Assembly: GCA_963816185.1 (NCBI GenBank)
Contig: CAWFJJ010000025.1
Location: forward strand, 544,001-608,000
DNA length: 64,000 nucleotides
Direction of reading: 5' to 3'
DNA from: Thermoanaerobaculia bacterium
Lineage (GTDB): Bacteria > Acidobacteriota > Thermoanaerobaculia > UBA5066
Within the stretch, counting starts at the first letter, position 1; each line of letters starts with the position of its first letter. The notes beneath the pieces were generated by a model. The model was not told where the DNA came from, searched no databases, and saw nothing but the letters and a program-made list of their open reading frames with translations. This document shows, in pieces, positions 20,634-31,348 of this stretch. A program made the translations under genes and the position numbers.

Positions 20634-21884
20634 GTGAGCCGGCATCTGCCGAAGGTCACGGGCTTGAGATGCGTCCTGTGCGGGACCGTCTACGCGCACG
20701 GCGAGAAGGAATACACCTGCCCGCGGTGCGGGATCGAGGGAATCCTCGACGTCGAATACGACCACGAGCTGATCGCCCGGACCTTCGGCCTCTCGTCCCT
20801 CGCGGCCGACCGCGATCTTTCGCTCTGGCGCTACCGGGCTCTCCTGCCTCTTCCCGACGACATCGTCCCGCCGCGCCTCCAGGTCGGCTGGACACCCGTG
20901 GTCGAGTCGCCCGTGCTCGCCAAGGAGCTCGGCCTCGGCGCCTTCTTCGTCAAGGACGACGGCCGAAATCCCACCGCCTCGTTCAAGGACCGCGCCAGCT
21001 CGGTGGGTGTCACGCGCGCGCGGTGGCTCGGCCGGAACGAAATCACCTGCTCGTCGACCGGCAACGCGGCGTCATCACTCGCGGGCTTCGCGGCCGAGGC
21101 GGGGATGGTAGCGTTCATCTTCGTGCCCGTTTCGGCCCCGGAGGCGAAGGTCGCCCAGCTCCTCGTCTACGGGGCGAAAGTCTTCCTCGTCGAGGGTCCG
21201 TACGAGGATGCCTTCAAGACGTGCCAGTCCTCGGTCGAGGCGTTCGGCTGGTACAACCGCAACTGCGCGATCAACCCTTATCTCGTCGAAGGGAAGAAGA
21301 CGTGCGGCCTGGAGATCGCCGAGCAGATGCGCGGCCGGATGCCCGATGTCGTGACCGTCGCTCTCGGCGACGGCTGTACGACGGCTGGGATCTGGAAGGG
21401 GCTCGCCGAAATGAAGAGGCACGACGTCGTCGATCGGTTGCCGCGCATCCTGGCCGTCCAGGCCGAGGGCGCCGCGCCGCTCGCGACGACCTTCGCCCGT
21501 GGCGACGAGCACATCGAGCCGGTCGAGGCGACGACGCTCGCCGACTCCATCAACGTGGGCGCGCCGCGAAACGGCATCAAGGCCCTCCGCGCCGTCCGCG
21601 CCTCGGGCGGAGCGATCGTGACCGCGCGCGACGAGGCGATCCTGTCGTGGATCCCGCGCCTGGCCCGCGCCACGGGCGTCTTCGCCGAGCCCACGGGCGT
21701 CGCCGCGCTCGCCGGCCTCGAGGTCGCGATCGAGAGGGGCCTCGTCAGGCGTGGGGAGCGCGTCCTCCACGTGGCGACCGGCAACGGCCTGAAAGACACG
21801 CGCGGCGCGATGCGTTCCGTCGGACCCCCGCGAAGAATTCCGCCCTCTCTCGACGCCGTCCGCGGCGCACTGGAGCAAGACTAA
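20634..21884 (+). CDS. Threonine synthase-like PLP enzyme (fold type II)
   Basis: N-terminal CxxC...CxxC, NPTASFKDR, SSTGNAA, TGNGLKD. Confidence 0.88.
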   Translation: MSRHLPKVTGLRCVLCGTVYAHGEKEYTCPRCGIEGILDVEYDHELIARTFGLSSLAADRDLSLWRYRALLPLPDDIVPPRLQVGWTPVVESPVLAKELGLGAFFVKDDGRNPTASFKDRASSVGVTRARWLGRNEITCSSTGNAASSLAGFAAEAGMVAFIFVPVSAPEAKVAQLLVYGAKVFLVEGPYEDAFKTCQSSVEAFGWYNRNCAINPYLVEGKKTCGLEIAEQMRGRMPDVVTVALGDGCTTAGIWKGLAEMKRHDVVDRLPRILAVQAEGAAPLATTFARGDEHIEPVEATTLADSINVGAPRNGIKALRAVRASGGAIVTARDEAILSWIPRLARATGVFAEPTGVAALAGLEVAIERGLVRRGERVLHVATGNGLKDTRGAMRSVGPPRRIPPSLDAVRGALEQD

Positions 21885-23239
21885 TGATCCACGGCCCAAC
21901 GTATTCCGAGATGCGCGACCCTTCGAGCCTGCCCGCGGAGCTGCGGCGTCGAGCCGCCGTCGCCGCGCGCGAGGCGCCGCTCGATCCGGTCAACCTCTTC
22001 AACATCACGTGGCACGAAGAGGACGGCCGCGTGCGGGCTCTGCGCCTCCCCGAGGCCCTCACGGGCGTCGAGGCGCCCATCGTCCTCCTCCATGCGGGGG
22101 ATTTTCCGACCGGCGCACACAAGGTGGGGGCGACGTACTCGGTCCTCATGGAACACCAGCTCGCCGGCGACGTCACGCCCGGGACGTCGACGCTCGTCTG
22201 GCCCTCGACCGGCAACTACGGGATCGGCGGCGCGTGGGTCGGCCCGCGCATGGGCTACGAATCGGTCGTGATCCTGCCGGAGGAGATGAGCGCCGAGCGC
22301 TTCGAGAAGATCGCCGCGTACGGTGCGAAGGCCATCAGCACGCCCGGCTGCGAGAGCAACGTCAAGGAGATCTACGACGAGTGCAAGCGCCTCGCGGCGC
22401 AGCCGCGCGTCCGCGTGATGAATCAGTTCGCCGAGATGGCGAACTACCGCTGGCACTACCACGTCACCGGCGCCGCAGCGGCGGAGGCGGTCGAGACGCT
22501 CGGAGCCGGGCGGCCTGCCGCTTTCGTCTCGGCGATGGGCTCGGGAGGCACGATCGCGGCCGGCGACGCCCTCAAGGCGCTCTTCAGGACGCGCATCGTC
22601 GGTCTCGAGCCTGTCCAGTGCCCCACGCTCTCGCGCAACGGCTACGGCGGACACGCGATCGAGGGGATCGGCGACAAGCACGTGACGTGGATCCATCACG
22701 TGACGAATCTGGACGCCATGATGTGCATCGACGACGAGGAGTGCCTGCTGGGTCTCCAGCTCGTGAGCGAGCCGGCGGGCCGCGACTTCCTCGCCGCGGG
22801 AGGCGGGCTGGGAGAAACCGCGCATCGCCTCTCGACACTTCTCGGCATCAGCGGTGTCTGCAACATCCTCGGCGCGATCAAGACCGCGCGGTGGCTCCGG
22901 CTCGGCAAGAACGACGCGATCGTGACGGTGGCGACGGACTCCCTCGACCGGTACCCGTCCGTTCTCAAGCGCCTCGCGGCGCGCACGGGGCCGCTTACGC
23001 TCGAGCGGGCCGAGGCGCGCCTCGCGTCCGTTTTCCGCGGGCAAAAGCTCGACTGGATCTCGGAGGGGACTCGCGAGAGCCGAGAGCGCTGGCACAACCT
23101 GAAATACTTCACGTGGGTCGAGCAGCAGGGAAAGACGATAGAGGAGCTCGACGCGCAGCGTTCCGAGAGCTGGTGGAGCGAACAGGCGGCGCTCGCGGGA
23201 GACGTGGATCGCCGGCTCCGCGAGGCGCGTGGGTGGTGA
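21884..23239 (+). CDS. PLP-dependent enzyme, fold type II (cysteine synthase/ammonia-lyase-like)
   Basis: FPTGAHKVGA (PLP Lys), WPSTGNY, SAMGSGGT, IEGIGDKH; ATG overlaps the upstream TAA. Confidence 0.85.
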   Translation: MIHGPTYSEMRDPSSLPAELRRRAAVAAREAPLDPVNLFNITWHEEDGRVRALRLPEALTGVEAPIVLLHAGDFPTGAHKVGATYSVLMEHQLAGDVTPGTSTLVWPSTGNYGIGGAWVGPRMGYESVVILPEEMSAERFEKIAAYGAKAISTPGCESNVKEIYDECKRLAAQPRVRVMNQFAEMANYRWHYHVTGAAAAEAVETLGAGRPAAFVSAMGSGGTIAAGDALKALFRTRIVGLEPVQCPTLSRNGYGGHAIEGIGDKHVTWIHHVTNLDAMMCIDDEECLLGLQLVSEPAGRDFLAAGGGLGETAHRLSTLLGISGVCNILGAIKTARWLRLGKNDAIVTVATDSLDRYPSVLKRLAARTGPLTLERAEARLASVFRGQKLDWISEGTRESRERWHNLKYFTWVEQQGKTIEELDAQRSESWWSEQAALAGDVDRRLREARGW

Positions 23240-24459
23240 AAGAGGGGGGGCGACGCGGATCGGGCGCGAGGGGCCTCGCCATCGAAGGCGGCACCGTCTT
23301 GGCGCTCGCCCCGCCCTCCCTTGAGCGGCGCGACGTGCTGTTGGGAGCCGAGCCACGGCGCCGGCTCGACGCCTCCGGCTGTCTCGTCATGCCCGGGCTC
23401 GTCATCGCGCACACGCATCTCTATTCGGCGCTCGCCCGCGGAATGCCGGGTCCGGCCGCGCCCCCGCGCACCTTCCGGGAGATCCTCGAGCGGATCTGGT
23501 GGCGCCTCGACGCGGCGCTCGACGAAAGCTCGCTTCGGGCGTCGGCCGAGGTCGCTCTCCTCGACGCGGCTCTCTCGGGTGCGACGGTCGTCCTCGACCA
23601 CCACGAGTCCCCGTCCTTCATCGACGGCTCTCTCGATGTCCTCGCAGGTGCGGCGAAGGCGGTCGGCGTGAGCGTCGCGCTCACGTACGGGGCGACGGAC
23701 CGGCACGGACCGAAAGGAGCGGCGGACGGCCTCGCCGAGTGCGAGCGGGCGATCCGGGAAGGTCTCCCCGCAATGGTGGGTCTTCACGCCGGCTTCACGG
23801 TCTCGGACGAGACGCTCGCCGCCGCGTCGGACCTCGCGAGGCGAACGGGGGCCTGGCTCCACGTGCACGCGGCCGAGGACCTCTGCGATGAGGGATCCTT
23901 CGAACGTCTCGACCGCGCCGGAGCCCTCGGGCCGAAGACGCTCCTGGCCCACGGCGTTCACCTCGGGTCGAGAGAGCGCGAGCGGGCGCGCGAGGCAAGC
24001 GCGTGGATCGTTCACAACCCTCGCAGCAATCTCCAGAACGCCGTGGGATACGCCGACGTGGGGACCCTCGGCTCGCGCGTCGCCCTCGGCACGGACGGGA
24101 TGGACGGCGACCTCTTCGCGGAGGCGCGCGTCGCGCACCTGCGCGCCCGGGAAGCGTACGGGCCGGCGGGCGGGATCGATGCGGTCGCTCTTCTTGCCCA
24201 GAGCCAGCGTCTGGCCGACGAGGCCGTCGGGCCGCGCCCTGGGGACTGGATCGTCCTCGAGTACGACCCTCCCACGCCTCTGACGGCGTCGAATCTCGCG
24301 GGACACGTTCTCTTTGGCCTCGGGACGCGCCACGTGCGCGACGTCGTCGTGAACGGCGAGGTCGTCGTCGAAGGGCGGAGGTCCGTGCGCGTGGACGGCG
24401 CTCGCGTCCATGCCCGGGGGCGCGAGGAAGCGGCGCGGCTCTGGGAGCGGATGGCGTGA
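23236..24459 (+). CDS. ssnA: SsnA-like amidohydrolase
   Basis: MPGLVIAHTHLYSALARGM, LDHHESP, GLHAGFT, HVHAAED, HNPRSN, LGTDG. Confidence 0.82.
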   Translation: MKEGGRRGSGARGLAIEGGTVLALAPPSLERRDVLLGAEPRRRLDASGCLVMPGLVIAHTHLYSALARGMPGPAAPPRTFREILERIWWRLDAALDESSLRASAEVALLDAALSGATVVLDHHESPSFIDGSLDVLAGAAKAVGVSVALTYGATDRHGPKGAADGLAECERAIREGLPAMVGLHAGFTVSDETLAAASDLARRTGAWLHVHAAEDLCDEGSFERLDRAGALGPKTLLAHGVHLGSRERERAREASAWIVHNPRSNLQNAVGYADVGTLGSRVALGTDGMDGDLFAEARVAHLRAREAYGPAGGIDAVALLAQSQRLADEAVGPRPGDWIVLEYDPPTPLTASNLAGHVLFGLGTRHVRDVVVNGEVVVEGRRSVRVDGARVHARGREEAARLWERMA

Positions 24460-26472
24460 GCACGCTCCGCCCGCTCCCGCTCTCCGTACTCGTACGCCGC
24501 GCGGCGGAGGAGCTCCCTACGGGATCGGTCTACGACCTCCCGCTGCGACACGTGTTCAGGGGTTTCCCGGGCCTGGACCTCTCGGTGAGGTTCCACGGTC
24601 ACCGCTGCGCGACGCCGGTCGGACCGGCGGCGGGGCCGCACACGCAGATGGCGCAGAACATCGCGCTCTCCTTCTTGGCCGGAGGCCGCATCCTCGAGCT
24701 CAAGACCGTTCAGGTGAACGATCGGCTCGTGATCCCGCGTCCGTGCATCGACATGCGGACCGTGGGCTTCAACATCGAGTGGTCGCAGGAGCTTCTGGTC
24801 GAAGAGTCCCTCCGCGAGTACGCGAAAGCGCGACTGCTCGTGGCGATCCTGTCCGAGCTCTGCGACATTCCCGACGCAGAGCGCGACTTCGTCCTCGACG
24901 TGTCCGTCGGCTACAGCCTCGACGGCATCAAGTCGCGCAAGATCACCGGATTCTTCGAAGGGGTCCGCGACGCGGGCGCTCTCCTCGACCGCGAGCGACA
25001 GGCTCTGCGCAGAGAGCTCCCTTCCTCTCTGAGGCGGTTCGCCGACGTTCCCTGCGACGCACGCCTCTCCGACTCGGTCACGCTCTCCACGTTCCACGGC
25101 TGCCCGGCCGGCGAGATCGCCGCCATCAGCCGGCATCTCCTCTCGGAGCTGGGACTCCACACCATCGTCAAGCTGAACCCGACTCTCCTCGGATACGAGG
25201 AGACGCGGGAGATCCTTCACGACCGCCTCGGATACGCGCACATCGCGCTCCGCCGCGCCGCTTTCGAGAAGGACCTGCAGTGGAGCGACGGCCTCTCGAT
25301 CGCTCGGGAGCTGTCGGGTGAGGCCGCACGGCTCGGTCTCGACTTCGGCGTGAAGCTCACGAACACACTCGTCGTCGAGAATCCTGCCGACTTCATGCCC
25401 GGCGAGGAGGCGTACCTGTCCGGCGAGCCGCTCCACGTCCTCGCGCTGACGCTCGGGTCGAGGCTTCGGGAAAACCTCGGAGCCGCATTCCCGATCTCCT
25501 TCTCCGCCGGGATCGACTCGGCCAACGTGGCCGGCGCGGTCGCGAGCGGCTTCGTGCCGGTGACGAGCTGCACCGATCTTCTCCGGCCCGGCGGCTACGA
25601 GCGCCTTCACCGGCAGGTCGAGGCTCTCGCGGGCGCGGTGCAGGAATCGGGCGCCGCTGCGATCCCGGACTTCATCCGGGCACGCGCCGGAGCGGCAGCC
25701 GGCGGCGACGTCGCCGCCGCGTCTCTCCTGAATCACAGCCGCTTGGCCGCCGGGGCGCTCGTCAACGAGCGCTACTGCAGCCGCGAAGACCGGCCTCCTG
25801 CCCCGTAAGATCGGCTCACGCCTTCACCTTCTGGACTGCATCAATTGCGACAAGTGCATTCCCGTCTGCCCGAACGATGCCAACTTCTCCTACGAGATGC
25901 CGCCTCGGACGATCACCTTCCGCGACCTCGTCTCCCGCGGCGGCCGTCTCTCACCCGCCGACGAACGGACCCTCGCGTGGGGAGCCGGGAAATCGCCGAC
26001 GCACCAGATCGCGAACTGGGCAGACGCCTGCAACGACTGCGGGAACTGCGACGTCTTCTGCCCCGAGGACGGCGGTCCCTACATCGAGAAGCCGCGCATC
26101 TTCCGGTCCTTGGCATCCTTCCTGTCCGATGACCCGCGCCCCGGTTTCTTCGTCCTCCGCGAGGAGGACGGCTCTCTCACGGCCTACGGCCGCTGGGGAG
26201 GCCGTGAGGTGGAGCTTCTCGTGAGGCCCGGCGGCTCGGCAATTTTCCGCGACGGCGTCGCCGAGCTGCAATTCGCGTCCGCCGAAGCCGTAGCTCCGGA
26301 CGAAGCGCGCATCCTCGCGCCGCCGGCGCCCGAGGGACACGTCGTTCCTGTCGGGCACTACCATGTCCTCCGGGCGGTCCTGACCGGACTTTTCGCGCCG
26401 GGCGCCGTCTCCTGGCTGACCGCCATGTTTCCGGAGGTTTCCGGACCCACAAACGTCTCTTTGGAGAGCTGA
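24456..26472 (+). CDS. ygfK: YgfK-like oxidoreductase (N-terminal barrel + 4Fe-4S dicluster), with apparent frameshift near 25775
   Basis: GPAAGPHTQMAQN, ELKTVQ, TLSTFHGCP, KLNPTLLG. After a frame change: PRKIGS...CINCDKCIPVCPN...CNDCGNCDVFCP. Confidence 0.78.
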
Positions 26473-26473
26473 C

Positions 26474-27601
26474 GTGAAGACCACCGCTGCCGCCGATCCC
26501 GCCGTTCCGGCCGCCCTCGTGGGCCGGAGCCTCCTCCTCACGGACGACTACACGACGGCGGAGCTTTCCTCTCTCCTCGCCGTCGCCGAGAGCTTCTGCG
26601 CGCTGGACCGCGAAGGGAAGAAGGCGGAGCTCCTGCCCGACGAGCTCGCCTACGCGCTCTTCTTCGACAACTCCACGCGCACCAAGTCCGCGTGGGCGGG
26701 CGCCGCGGCCCGGCTGGGCATGCACCCGGTCATCGTGGACGGCTCGTCCACACAGGTCTCGCACGGCGAGACCGCGGCCGAGACCGGCGCCATGCTCGGG
26801 ATGAACGCGCACGCTCTCGGCGTGCGGCACGACCTGATCCTCGGCGAGGGCAACGCTTTCATGCGCGACGTGAAGAGAGGGATCGACGCCTATCTCGTGG
26901 CCACGCGCGACGGGCGGAAGGTTCCCGTCGTCAACCTTCAGTGCGACATCGACCATCCCACCCAGACGCTGGCCGACCTCTGCTGGCTCCGCGAGACGTT
27001 TCCCGAAGGTGTCGCGGGCAAGCGCATCGCCGTGTCGTGGGCGTACTCGCCCAGCTACGCCAAGCCGCTCTCGGTGCCGCAGGGGCTCATCATGCTCATG
27101 ACGCGCTTCGGCGCGCACGTGACGCTCGCGCATCCGGAAGGCTATCGCCTCATGGACCGGTGCCTCGCGTCCGCGGCTTCGCATGCCGCCTCGTCGGGCG
27201 GCTCCTTTCGGACGGTTTCTTCCATGGACGATGCGTTCGAGGACGCCGACGTCGTCTATCCGAAGAGCTGGGGGCCGTACGACCTCATGCTCTCCCGTGT
27301 CGAGGCCAACCACGCGCGTGACGCGAAGCGAATGGGCGAGATCGAGAAAGAAGCGCTCGCGCGAAACGCGCAACACAAGGACTGGATCTGTGACGAAAGG
27401 CGGATGAAGACCACGCGGGGAGGCGATGCCCTTTACATGCACTGCCTTCCCGCCGACATCGGGTCGGAGGTCTCGCCCGGCGTCATGGCGAAGCACGCCG
27501 TGAACGTCGCGCGCGAGGCGAACTGGAAGGTCTACGTCGTGATGGCGGCGCTCGCGACGGCCAAGGTGCCCGATCTCGCCCGCCGGATGGAGGCGTTGTG
27601 A
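26474..27601 (+). CDS. ygeW: YgeW-type carbamoyltransferase
   Basis: DNSTRT, NLQCDIDHPTQ, SWAYSPSYAKPLSVPQG, YMHCLPAD. Confidence 0.9.
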   Translation: MKTTAAADPAVPAALVGRSLLLTDDYTTAELSSLLAVAESFCALDREGKKAELLPDELAYALFFDNSTRTKSAWAGAAARLGMHPVIVDGSSTQVSHGETAAETGAMLGMNAHALGVRHDLILGEGNAFMRDVKRGIDAYLVATRDGRKVPVVNLQCDIDHPTQTLADLCWLRETFPEGVAGKRIAVSWAYSPSYAKPLSVPQGLIMLMTRFGAHVTLAHPEGYRLMDRCLASAASHAASSGGSFRTVSSMDDAFEDADVVYPKSWGPYDLMLSRVEANHARDAKRMGEIEKEALARNAQHKDWICDERRMKTTRGGDALYMHCLPADIGSEVSPGVMAKHAVNVAREANWKVYVVMAALATAKVPDLARRMEAL

Positions 27602-29160
27602 GTGAAACGAAGACGATGACGAGAAACGAGCTCGACGTGAAGGTCGCGGAGCTGGCGGCACGCTACCGGCCGATCGCGGAGAGAATTCTCAGGGAGGTCG
27701 TTCGCATCCCGGCCGATTACGTCGACCGGCCGAAAGATGCCGGCGGCGACCCGAGCTGCGGCCTTTCGAACCACGAGAAGCCGCGGCTCGAGTACCTGAA
27801 ACGCATGATCGTCGAGATCGGCGCGGTCCGCCGTCCCGAAGACGTCGGCTACGACGGCTACGGCAACCTCGTCTGGACGGTCGACGATCTTTCCGACCGC
27901 ACCCCTGTGACGGACAAGCGCGTCATCTACTTCGACGGCCACACGGACACGGTCAAGGCCATCCGCCCGGCGTGGCGCGAGAAGACGGGAGGCGTCGACG
28001 CCTACGACGGGCTCGTCGACGCGGCGGCCGTCAAGCGCAACTTCCTCAAGACCGAACTCGGATACCTGCCGCCCGAGTCCGAGTGGGAGCATCTCGTCTT
28101 CGGGCGCGGCTCGGCCGACCAGCTTTCGGGCGTCGTGGCGCAGGTCGTCGCGTCGAAGATCCTCCTGGAGCTCTCGCCGCAGGGCTCGCTGCGCGGCGCG
28201 ATCGTCCGTTCCTACGCGACGGTGACCGAAGAGGATAACGACGGCGGAGGACCGCAGTTCCTGATGAAGAAGGTCCTCCCGGGTGCCGGGGCGGAGCTCG
28301 TGCCGGACGTGGTCATCCTCACGGAGGGCACGGGCGACTCCGCGAAAGGAGCGCTCGGGATCTACCGAGGCCAACGCGGCCGCATGCAGATCGAGGTGAG
28401 CGTGACCGGGAAGTCCTGCCACGGCTCGATGCCGTGGGAGGGCCGCAACCCGCTCGAGTGGGGAGCGCCGATCCTCGCCGAGGCCGCGAAACGGTACAAC
28501 GCCCGCGACGGCTTCCTCGACCACCCGTTCCTCGGCCACGGCACACGGACGGCCTCGTGGGCTCGACTCGACACGCCGAGCGACTGCGCCGTCCCCGAAC
28601 GGTTCATCTTCCGATTCGACCGTCGCCTCACGATCGGGGAGACGCCTGAAAAAGCCGTCGCCGACGTCGAGGGGCTCGCGGCAGTAGCCGCCGCGCGGGC
28701 GGCGGGGCTGGCGGTCGACGTCAGCGTGCCGACGTACGACGAGCCGACGTGGAACGGCTTCATCCTCCACAACCCGCAGATCTACATGGGCTGGCTCACG
28801 CCGGAAGAGCACCCGGCCGTTCAGGCGGCCGTCGCGGCGTATCGCGCCGTCGTGTCTCCGCACGTTCCGGCCGGAGGCCAGCGCGGCGCCCTTCGCGCCG
28901 AGCCGCGCGTGGACCGGTGGATCTTTTCGACGGACGGCGTCGGCTTCCCGATTCGCGTCGACGACGCCTCGATCATCGTTCCCCTGCGCAAGGCTTGGGT
29001 CACGTCAGGCGCCGTGAAGCACCCCGCCATGCTCGGAATCGGGCCGGGCATCGAGCAGAACACACACAAGATCGGCGAGTGCGTCGACTTGCGCGAGGTC
29101 GTGAACGCCGTCGCGCTGCTGGCCCGCTTCCCGAGCGTGTTCGTGGCTGTCTCCGGCTAG
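27598..29160 (+). CDS. ygeY: YgeY-like M20 family metallohydrolase
   Basis: FDGHTDTV, GRGSADQ, TEEDNDG, YRGQRGR, WIFSTDGV. Confidence 0.8.
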   Translation: MSETKTMTRNELDVKVAELAARYRPIAERILREVVRIPADYVDRPKDAGGDPSCGLSNHEKPRLEYLKRMIVEIGAVRRPEDVGYDGYGNLVWTVDDLSDRTPVTDKRVIYFDGHTDTVKAIRPAWREKTGGVDAYDGLVDAAAVKRNFLKTELGYLPPESEWEHLVFGRGSADQLSGVVAQVVASKILLELSPQGSLRGAIVRSYATVTEEDNDGGGPQFLMKKVLPGAGAELVPDVVILTEGTGDSAKGALGIYRGQRGRMQIEVSVTGKSCHGSMPWEGRNPLEWGAPILAEAAKRYNARDGFLDHPFLGHGTRTASWARLDTPSDCAVPERFIFRFDRRLTIGETPEKAVADVEGLAAVAAARAAGLAVDVSVPTYDEPTWNGFILHNPQIYMGWLTPEEHPAVQAAVAAYRAVVSPHVPAGGQRGALRAEPRVDRWIFSTDGVGFPIRVDDASIIVPLRKAWVTSGAVKHPAMLGIGPGIEQNTHKIGECVDLREVVNAVALLARFPSVFVAVSG

Positions 29161-30171
29161 TCAGCGAACGACGCGCGTCGCGGCGCGCGAGAGCCGGTCC
29201 ATGATCGTCCGGCCGAGTCCGCGCCGGGGAACCGCGAGAACCAGCAGCTCGCTTCCGCGGCGCCGCGTGCGCAGCGCGGCGAACAGCGCGCGCGCAATCT
29301 CCTCGGGAGAAGAGCCGAGGGAAAGAAATCTTTGCTTCGGAAAGAGAAGAGAAAGACGCGCGGGGCCGAGCACGAGCGCGTTGGGATGCGATGACGCATG
29401 GGAAATCAGAGAAGATTTTCTTAGAAAGAGAATGAGGGGACGGCTCGGAGCGTAGTGGACGTACCGCGTGCCGGGACTCTGCGCGGCGCGCCTCTTCACC
29501 TTCGAAGAAAGAGCGCCGCCGCCCATTGCGGGGCGCCCGCTCGAAGCGGCAAACCGAAGCCCGGGAATCATCTTTCTAAGAAGATCCCCAGGTATCGCCC
29601 CTTCCCGCAGGATCCTCGGCGGGTCCAGCGCGACGACGGTGGACTCGACGCCGTGCTTTGTCGATCCGCCATCCAGGACGAAGACGTCCGGGAAGTCATC
29701 TGCAACGTGCCGCGCCGTCGTGGGGCTCGGGCGGCCCGAGACATTCGCGCTCGGCGCGGCGATCGGCACGCCCGCGAGGCGCACGAGATCGCGCGCGACG
29801 CCCTGCGGCATCCGGACGGCAACCGTGTCGAGGCCGGCGGTGACCGAAGAGGGGACCGAAGATTTCTTAGAAAGTATGAGAGTCAGGGGGCCGGGCCAGA
29901 ATCGCGCGAGCAGCGCCTTCGCACGGGGCGGAGGCGCCTCTGCCACCTTTCTGAGCATCCTCATGTCGCTCACGTGAACGATCACCGGGTTGTCTTGGGG
30001 CCGGCCCTTCGCCTCGAAGATCCTCGCGACTGCTTTCGCGTCCAGCGCGTTCGCGCCGAGGCCGTAAACCGTCTCCGTCGGGAACGCGACGAGCTCGCCC
30101 CGGCGCAGCCGTGCGGCCGCCGTGCGCAGAGAGCGGGCGCTGACGGGATGGACGTTCTTCGAGCGCGTCAC
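29161..30171 (-). CDS. sua5: L-threonylcarbamoyladenylate synthase (Sua5 type)
   Basis: FPTETVYGLGA, KGRPQDNP, AAPSAN, SPG...HYAP. Confidence 0.93.
   Translation of the reverse strand: MTRSKNVHPVSARSLRTAAARLRRGELVAFPTETVYGLGANALDAKAVARIFEAKGRPQDNPVIVHVSDMRMLRKVAEAPPPRAKALLARFWPGPLTLILSKKSSVPSSVTAGLDTVAVRMPQGVARDLVRLAGVPIAAPSANVSGRPSPTTARHVADDFPDVFVLDGGSTKHGVESTVVALDPPRILREGAIPGDLLRKMIPGLRFAASSGRPAMGGGALSSKVKRRAAQSPGTRYVHYAPSRPLILFLRKSSLISHASSHPNALVLGPARLSLLFPKQRFLSLGSSPEEIARALFAALRTRRRGSELLVLAVPRRGLGRTIMDRLSRAATRVVR
29408..29880. repeat. Three copies of the dispersed TTCTTAGAA motif inside sua5
   Basis: TTCTTAGAA at 29418 and 29864; reverse complement at 29574. Confidence 0.8.
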
Positions 30172-30229
30172 GCGCGCATCTTAGCGGCGGCCATCGCGCT
30201 CGCGCGGAGTACACTTCCAAAGCAAGGTC

Positions 30230-31300
30230 GTGCGAGAAAAGAGCAGGTTGGGGTTGCTGTGGCGCCGGGTTCGCGCTCCGCGGTCGAACGGTGACGAGGA
30301 GGAGCGCATCGGCAAACAGAACGCGGAGCTTCTCGGGGCCCTCCAGAAGTGTCCGGACTCCATCATCGCGACCGACGCGAAAGGTCTGGTGACCATGTTC
30401 AACGCCGGGGCCGAGGAGCTGTTCGGCTACCGACCCTCGGAGGTCGTCGGCTTCTCGGCGGCGCGCTTCTATCCGACCCGCGAGGTCGCCAAGGGGATCA
30501 TGATGGCGTTGCGGGAGGCCCCCGGCGGTCGCCTGCGAAACATCGAGGTCACGGTCCGCCGGAAAGACGGCCTGGACATCCCCGCGTTGATCTCGCTGAC
30601 GCTCATCCGAAATGACCGCGGGGAGCAGGCCGGCACGGTCGGCTTCGTCAAGGATCTGATCTCCCAGAAGCAGGCGGAGCGGAAGCAGCAACAGGAGCTG
30701 GAGTACCTCGAGCGGAAGCTGAGCGAGATCATGGAGGTCTCCGAGGCCATGGCGCTCGGAGATTTCACACGCGAGGTCCGGGTCGAGCGCGACGACGTCA
30801 TCGGGAAGCTGGCCGCTTCCTTCAACCAGACGGCGCGGTCCCTCGGAGAGCTCGTGGCCCAGATCCAACGCACGGCCGAACGCATCGTCCGGGCCACCTC
30901 GCTGCAGGCGGAGGGCGCGGGCGGGGAGGAGCGGGTGATGGCGGCGGCCGTCGCCTCGATGAACGGCATCTCCCGGGCGTCGACGCAGATCACCGAGATC
31001 ACGGCGGTCATTGATCGGATCGCGCACCAGACGAATCTGTTGGCCCTCAACGCGGCCATCGAGGCGGCCCGGGCGGGGGAGCAAGGCCGCGGGTTTGCCG
31101 TGGTGGCGCTCGAGGTGCGAAAGCTTGCCGAACGCTCGGCCGAGGCGGCTAAGGAGATCAGGGAGCTCATCCAGGACTCGGTGCAGAAGGTCCACGACGG
31201 CTGCGAACACGTGGATCTGGCCAGCCGGCTGGTGGGCGAGCAGGCCGACGAGCTGGGACGGATCGTGGGGCGCTTCCAGGTGGCGGGAAAGGGAGGTTAG
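30230..31300 (+). CDS. Cytoplasmic PAS-HAMP methyl-accepting chemotaxis-like protein
   Basis: PAS (DSIIATD...[11 protein letters not shown]), HAMP ([13 protein letters not shown]), [27 protein letters not shown] hairpin tip. Confidence 0.88.
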   Translation: MREKSRLGLLWRRVRAPRSNGDEEERIGKQNAELLGALQKCPDSIIATDAKGLVTMFNAGAEELFGYRPSEVVGFSAARFYPTREVAKGIMMALREAPGGRLRNIEVTVRRKDGLDIPALISLTLIRNDRGEQAGTVGFVKDLISQKQAERKQQQELEYLERKLSEIMEVSEAMALGDFTREVRVERDDVIGKLAASFNQTARSLGELVAQIQRTAERIVRATSLQAEGAGGEERVMAAAVASMNGISRASTQITEITAVIDRIAHQTNLLALNAAIEAARAGEQGRGFAVVALEVRKLAERSAEAAKEIRELIQDSVQKVHDGCEHVDLASRLVGEQADELGRIVGRFQVAGKGG

Positions 31301-31348
31301 GGCGGCCCGGACGCCGGCCAAATGTCGTTCAGCTTGCCTGAAACGTAG

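Noticed and set aside
17981-20659. 1305-aa ORF suggesting a giant MFS fusion
   Set aside because: The N-terminal part is antisense to xdh; only the last ~410 aa are MFS.
25770-25808. Selenocysteine readthrough or programmed frameshift in ygfK
   Set aside because: The stop is TAA, the continuation is in another frame, and there is no slippery run; an indel error is more likely.
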